Source of the DNA: Strigamia acuminata
Taxonomy: Eukaryota
DNA: 64,000 bases
NCBI GenBank assembly: GCA_949358305.1
Contig: OX442314.1
Span: 13,764,001 to 13,828,000, forward strand
Direction: 5' to 3'
Position 1 is the stretch's first letter. The number at the start of each line of letters is the position of its first letter. The notes beneath the pieces were generated by a model, which was not told the DNA's origin, did not search any database, and was given only the letters and a program-made list of their open reading frames with translations. Positions 58,001-64,000 of this stretch are shown in pieces. The position numbers and the translations under genes were made by a program.

Positions 58001-58906
58001 AAGAATTTAATTATTCGCCAAAACGAAATGAATTCAGGGAATTTGACGAAGAAAGTTCGAGCGAATCGTGTGGAATTGGAGCCGAGGCCATAAATGACGC
58101 GTTTTGTGCGGCTGATTTAATGAACGACTTATCGTTTACTCACACGAAATCTTCACCCGTTCGGCCGTTGAGTAAATCCCGATCTGCTCACGCTGTCCAC
58201 GAAGTTGTGGAAGCAAATAACCAGTGGTTGGACGAAATTGGCAAACAGAAGATTAAGTCAGATGGGAAAACAGCCGGCAAAAGTGACAAGAAAAAGATTT
58301 CACTCCGCACCTTAAAGAATTTCTGGTTTTTTAAGAAGAGGTATGGGAAGAATGTATCAAATAAATTTTTAAATAATAATAATAATAATTGTGATACGGT
58401 TATGACCGATGAAGCGAAAGTGCCATTAGTTATACACGGGCCATGTCCATGGGAAACTAGTGTTTGAATTTTCTTTCTTTGTTTTGTTCTTTTTGAGATT
58501 TTCTTTTCTTTTTTAATTTTTATACATTGATTTGTATAATTTACATTTTTATATTGTATTTTGTGATACCATATTGTGTTTTATCACTTGTTTTGCACTC
58601 TTTCTGCACACACGCTTGCATTCACTTCACTTCACTTCACTATTTCCCGCTGGTTGGGAGCTATTTCGAAGGTAGGCTAATACTAACTAATCTATTTTTA
58701 ATGTCACTTGTTCCGCTCTGTTCTCTGTACTTAATCATTTCACACAAACAGCACTAATGCTTATACGAGCTTTAATTAAATTTTTATTTACTTGCAGACA
58801 TAACGGTGCTCCTCTAAAAACCATGGACAATGGCATCTACACGTCTCATGATGCATTATTTCCTGTTATTAACGATGGCAAAGCGGTTTCTGGTCTCCAA
58901 ACTTAA
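55091..58906 (+). CDS. ARHGEF33: ARHGEF33-like RhoGEF (N-terminal coiled coil plus DH domain, no evident PH domain); start codon uncertain; two possible ends (58467 or 58906)
   Basis: LQTAVNEMKTAFTGAMKQLGSIQ resembles the N-terminal coiled coil of vertebrate ARHGEF33. DH motifs VDLLESEKKYCKTL, WYTSYVNDFPE and FLLAPLQRIPNYVLLLKRL lie across short-intron exons at 56630-57530. Confidence 0.8.
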
Positions 58907-60680
58907 TGAATTAGTTTTCGGTTGTGTAACTTTCTTTAACAAACGCTTGACGAAGTAGAATCTGAATATGCACATTCCTAAGATAGTTTTTTTTTTACAC
59001 GTGGAAAATTGTAACATTTAGACTGGTTTTTTTAAATTTTCTTTTTCTTTTTTTCAACCAAAAAAAGATAAAAGATATTTTTTTAATTCTTTTACTTATT
59101 ATCATAAGTTGTTATAATAATTTATTGCATTAATTTTGTAGTGACGGATGAGTTTAAATAAATTAAATTGAGAAAATGTTTAATTTTTATAGTGACGATG
59201 GCTTTTAATGTGACACTTGATGATGATGCTAAACAGAATTCATAGATGGCGCCATTGGTAAAAATGGCTACTTCTGTTTGATGCAAGTTTTGTACAATTT
59301 TAATCACATGAAAGATACGTTTGTAGACACTTTTTTATACCATCTAATCAACGGTTAGAAAATATAGATATGCCGTAGTTGTTTAACTGATTTTTGAAAT
59401 CTTAACTTTGGCGGAACAATTTTGACCAATTACATGTTTAGCTTTTGCACAACGCCGAACAGACCGAATTTTAATGCCGCACATCAGGATTCATGAAAAG
59501 AGATGGATTGGAGGGTTAGACATGTATGTGTGTGGAAATCTACGCCAATTTATCTGCTAGGATTTAATTTCAAACAAACACAATGAAAATTTAGTATTAG
59601 AAGTTTTTCATGTGAGTATAATCTATAAATTATTCATCTCGTTTTGTTTACTTTCTGGTCTTTGTTTTCATTCCAATTTTGGCCATGGCCACAATTTGGC
59701 TCGAAAATGTGAATTACCGAGCACATTTTTCATGAATTTTTGTGTGGTAGAAACGAAATAAGATAATAAATAAGAATTACGTAATAACAATGATGAATAT
59801 TGCCAAATTTTATTTATTAAAAAATTAAAACAGAACACTTTTTTTTCCCCTGTTTATAATTACCTTGTCCTCATTTATTCACGTTAAAATAAATTAGAAA
59901 TGCGAGTAAAATGACGAAATAATGTTCGACATTTTAATCCTTGACCTAACTATCTGCCCCAGTGAGAAAACAGGTTTGGGCATAGCAGGCTGGCAAGCTC
60001 TTTAAAGGCAATAGAGTTTTACCACTTGTTCATTACACCCCACACAATAGGAATGCATCAGTTAAACGAGGGTTTATTATCCGACTAAATTACAGTTGGT
60101 AATTTTCTGTGAGAATTGACACACGTTGATGAGTAAGCTATCGGTGATTCATCTATTTATCTATGAAAATTTACCAATTGGAGAGAAAAGTAAATTAAAA
60201 ATTGCGTTCAGCTTTAAGGAATGAATCAACAAGATTTAAGCAGAAAATAGATTTAACCAATTGGTGAGCTAGTGTGATGAAATCTAACTTGGCAAAGGTT
60301 TGGATTTTACGGTTTTCTTTTTTGGTATTTGGGTTATATTTACTAGCTAAGTGAAACAATGTACAAACATGTGTTTAAAAGTCAATCTTAGATGTGGTTT
60401 GATGTGATGACAATTATCTTAGTCGGATTGTATCTAACAACAATTCATTAGGTCTGCTGAGTTGCAAGTTTGAGGTTCCATAAGTGGAGAATAATTTTTA
60501 AAGGGCAAATGTCAAAAAAATGTGACACGTCTGGTCACACCCTATGGAATGATGGATATATTTTGTTGATGATTTTAAGTGGCTAAGAAAGTAAAATTTT
60601 ATTTTTGTGCATTTTGATAGTTTAGTATTTTTTTTTTTGATTGTATTAAATTTGTTTTTATTTTTTAACAGATTGCTGGG

Positions 60681-63600
60681 ATGAGTAACGAAGTACAATG
60701 GGCGCTGGTGTCGCAGTCGGGAGCCCAGTATCCGCTGCAACAAACGATGATATTTTTAGGAAGAGAAGAATGTGATGTGACATTGCAAGTATGGTTCATT
60801 TTACTCACACAAATTACTCCAATTTTTTTTCAATTATTTTTTAATTTTTTTTTTTTTGATTCTTTGCAGTCACGGAGTGTTGATAAAAGGCACGCAGTTA
60901 TTACGTACGATCATTACGAAAAACGTTTCAAAGTTAAAGATTTGAATAGTGCAAATGGTGTAAGTATAAAATGTGCATTAAAAAACAAAATTCTTGCGGG
61001 TAGTAAAAAGTAAAAATATTTTGCAGACGTATGTCAACGACCTGAGAATTCCTGAACAAACTTACATGAAGTTAGAAAACACGGATGACATTCGATTCGG
61101 TTATGATATCCTTTGTATTTATTTATTTATTCGTTTAATTCGACGTGTTTATTTTTGGATTGGGTTTTTTATGTCAATTAGAGTCTTCCTGTTTTAAACT
61201 TAGTGAGATTACGTAATCCTTATGTAATTATTTGATTACATTTTTATTATTTTGGAATTAGTTTTTATATTTTATGGAGGATCAGGCGTAACTCGACTTT
61301 GTATTATCATTATTATTATTATAGTAAATTAAAAAAAGACATTTTTAGTCAACCTTCAACAAACTAAAACAATTTACTCATGGGCACTCAAGCTGAAATG
61401 ATCCAACCTCTTTGACATTTTTATTGTTTTCTTATCATACTTCACGTTGATTGAAAACAAATAAAAATTAAAGAAAGTTGCGTATCATTCACGTGCTCGA
61501 TGATGAAATGCTGAGCTGAATTCGTGTTTGGGAAAGTGAAAACAATTGTAATTGTAAATTACAGTTGAATGTTTTTATTACACCTATATTTACTTTAATT
61601 GGGTTGAAAAATTGTACGGTTGAATTAGGATTATTACGAGTAAACCTTCTTTTATTTTTTTAAATTTACACTCTGATTATCTAGCCCAAGATTGACATAA
61701 TTTCGACGTTTTGTCTCGCAATTACATCGAGAAAATTTCACGAATTTCTATGCGGTTGCATTTCATGTTGATACTGGTTGTAGTCGTAGTTATAGACCTC
61801 GGATCTAATGTATGATTCACCATAGCGTAATGGCATTAAAGTGGAAAAAAACTAGTTTTCGTAGGCGTGGGAAACATGTTAGAGAATATAAAAAAAAGCA
61901 ATTGTATATGATGTCATCGTGAGGGTCATTTAGGTTAGAGAAAAGTTACCTGTTTTGTTTTAACTGAAAAAGCTAGCAGTTGTAACTTTTGTTTTTATTG
62001 TTATCTAGACTGTGACTATTATGTGACTCAAGTAATAATAATAACAATAGAAAAGACGTGCATCGAATTTTTACTTTTTATTTTTATTAATTTCCTTAAT
62101 AAAACCACATCCAACAGTATACCATATTCAGTGTCTTCAACGACCGTCGCCTTTACCGGCCGATAAATGCGATTCGTTCCACGAAAAATTGATCAACAAA
62201 GAGGGTTCCATCAGCACGTCCGAATCGTACGAGGTAATTAAAATGAATTCAAATAAAGGGCTGTTTAATCATAGTAATAGCTTCATAACATCAAGTGACC
62301 ACTCCCTCGTAACATTCATCGAGCAGGTCGTTAATTAAATTTTTACTTTCATCCGCGTAAACGGGGCGGTGGACATGAACCGATGACATTTGATGTTATC
62401 GTTAAAAAGCCGTTTATGATCTAAGCTCGTGTTTTAGCACGTGGAGTGTCGACAGCCATGTTTTGTGTTTGCAGGACAAGCAACTGGACAACGGTGAGAC
62501 TCTGAACATGGTACTTGATGAGGATTTCCTTTCTATATCGTCTTCCATGACGAGTTCGTTGGCTGCACACACGACCACTGATTTATGTAACAACACAGTG
62601 GACATTCCAACAAACAGGTTGCTTGGCTGCACCCAACAAGGCGACCCAAATGGTCGGCAATCCGCCCACGCTGAGGACCACTCCCTGTCTCGCAACGCCA
62701 GTTTCAGCTCGGTACAAGCACGTGCACTTGTGCCTATGCACAACTCCTCCAGTGTTGCAGTGGGTCCTGATCAAGCATTTCCTGAGGTATTGGGTGTTGC
62801 ATCTGGCATTGGAAAATGCAAGCTAGAAACTGCAAGCAGCAACACCAGTCTCCAGTCTGCTTTTTCAGGCGATTCACTGGATCAGTTGGGGGATAATGGA
62901 GTTGGCATTGAGAAACAAGAACGCTCGAAATCTCTGTCGCTCGGGACTAATTCAGGTAATTTTGTTTTAATTTTTTAATTTTAATTTTTCATTTATATAC
63001 GGTGAAAACTTAATGAACTTTTGAAAGCGAATAACCTGTTTGTGTTTGATTACCATCTGATAAGTGAGTCAGGACTCCTTTTATTTGTGGTGACTGGTGA
63101 TTCGTTGACGGCATTCAATTGGCCGCTTTCGTTGGTAACCGCTCGAGGTGATGCGTAATTACATACCGTAACCCAACTCACTAGTGCGTGCAGGGGTTGT
63201 TGTTGAGGCTAGCTTCCCTCTTGTGGCGGCCCCGGCCTATTCAAATGAATCGGACGTGCATAACCTCTTCCTGTTTAATGTTCATTTAAAAGTTGAAACG
63301 TTGCCACTTTGGTGAACCGTGTGTAGGGGTTGTATATTTTTATAACATGTTTTCGTTTTTTAGGAGAGGTAAAAATGGTTTTTAAATATTTTTTGTTTTG
63401 TTTTTTTTGTCTAAATAATAATTGTTTCTTGTTTTTTTGAAGTTAAAGGTGCGAAATCCCGTAGTAAAAAAGCCAGTGAACTTGACGCTGTCACATCTGA
63501 TTGCATCTTAACAATAAATGCGGACGAAGAAGAAACTTCTCCGACTTCTTTTCAGCGAGTGCCACCGACAGCATTTACCGTCGAATTTGATGATACGAAA

Positions 63601-63883
63601 GATACGAACAAAAATAAAAAATTGGACATAAAGGACAGTATCAGTAAATTTGCTCCACAAAAATACGAGGCCGAACGATTGGGTCACAGGAGAAATTCAA
63701 GCTTGGGCAAAGTTGATGAACATAAAGTGAGTTGAATAGACACTTGTTTAAAAATTAAATACATTGAGTGCGTAGATATATACATTTACGCGTACAATTT
63801 GATAACGAAAACCAAAGTGAATATGATATTTGTAGGTTTTAGAACTCTTTTCTGGTGAAAATGGAGATCATGATTGTCGAAAG
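60681..63883 (+). CDS. CEP170: CEP170-family protein, 5' part (continues beyond the window)
   Basis: FHA domain WALVSQSG..MIFLGREECDVTLQ|SRSVDKRHAVITYD..VKDLNSANG|TYVNDLRIPEQTY..IRFGYD. A later exon, AFTVEFDD..IKDSISKF, matches the CEP170 FTIEFDD motif. Confidence 0.9.
61106..62108 (+). other. U12-type AT-AC intron
   Basis: 5' site ATATCCTTT, branch point TTTCCTTAAT (62091-62100) and terminal AC 8 nt later. Splicing restores G|AT (Asp) and an open exon to the GT donor at 62234. Confidence 0.93.
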
Positions 63884-64000
63884 GTACTTAAAAGTACAGT
63901 AAGATACAGAAAAAAAAACCTTCAAATCGCACGTTAATCACTACACAAATGCACACTATAATGCAGAGTTTTCTACGTCTTAGCATGTTAGTTTTATTTG

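Overview
AT-rich invertebrate animal genomic DNA with spliceosomal introns, mostly 50-100 nt; the species cannot be determined from the sequence. The left ~36 kb is nearly gene-free. It holds one clear gene (two-exon TMEM229B-like, + strand), several MITE-type elements, CTCF- and CRE-like motifs and a few isolated candidate minus-strand exons. The right ~28 kb is gene-dense, in this order: SAM-methyltransferase paralog 1 (-), divergent VRK-family kinase (+), methyltransferase paralog 2 (-), bark beetle/anakonda-like SRCR-CUB-PbH1 membrane protein (-), FANCL (-), ARHGEF33-like DH-only RhoGEF (+), and a CEP170-like FHA gene (+) running off the end. Gene models were spliced by eye and families were recognised from remembered motifs, not searches. 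I did not find a clearly new biological system. The best observations are an AT-AC (U12) intron in the CEP170-like gene, a convergent VRK-FANCL arrangement echoing human 2p16, two alternative RhoGEF C-termini (one ending in the PDZ ligand ETSV), GC-AG introns, and a methyltransferase pair that differs by one intron.
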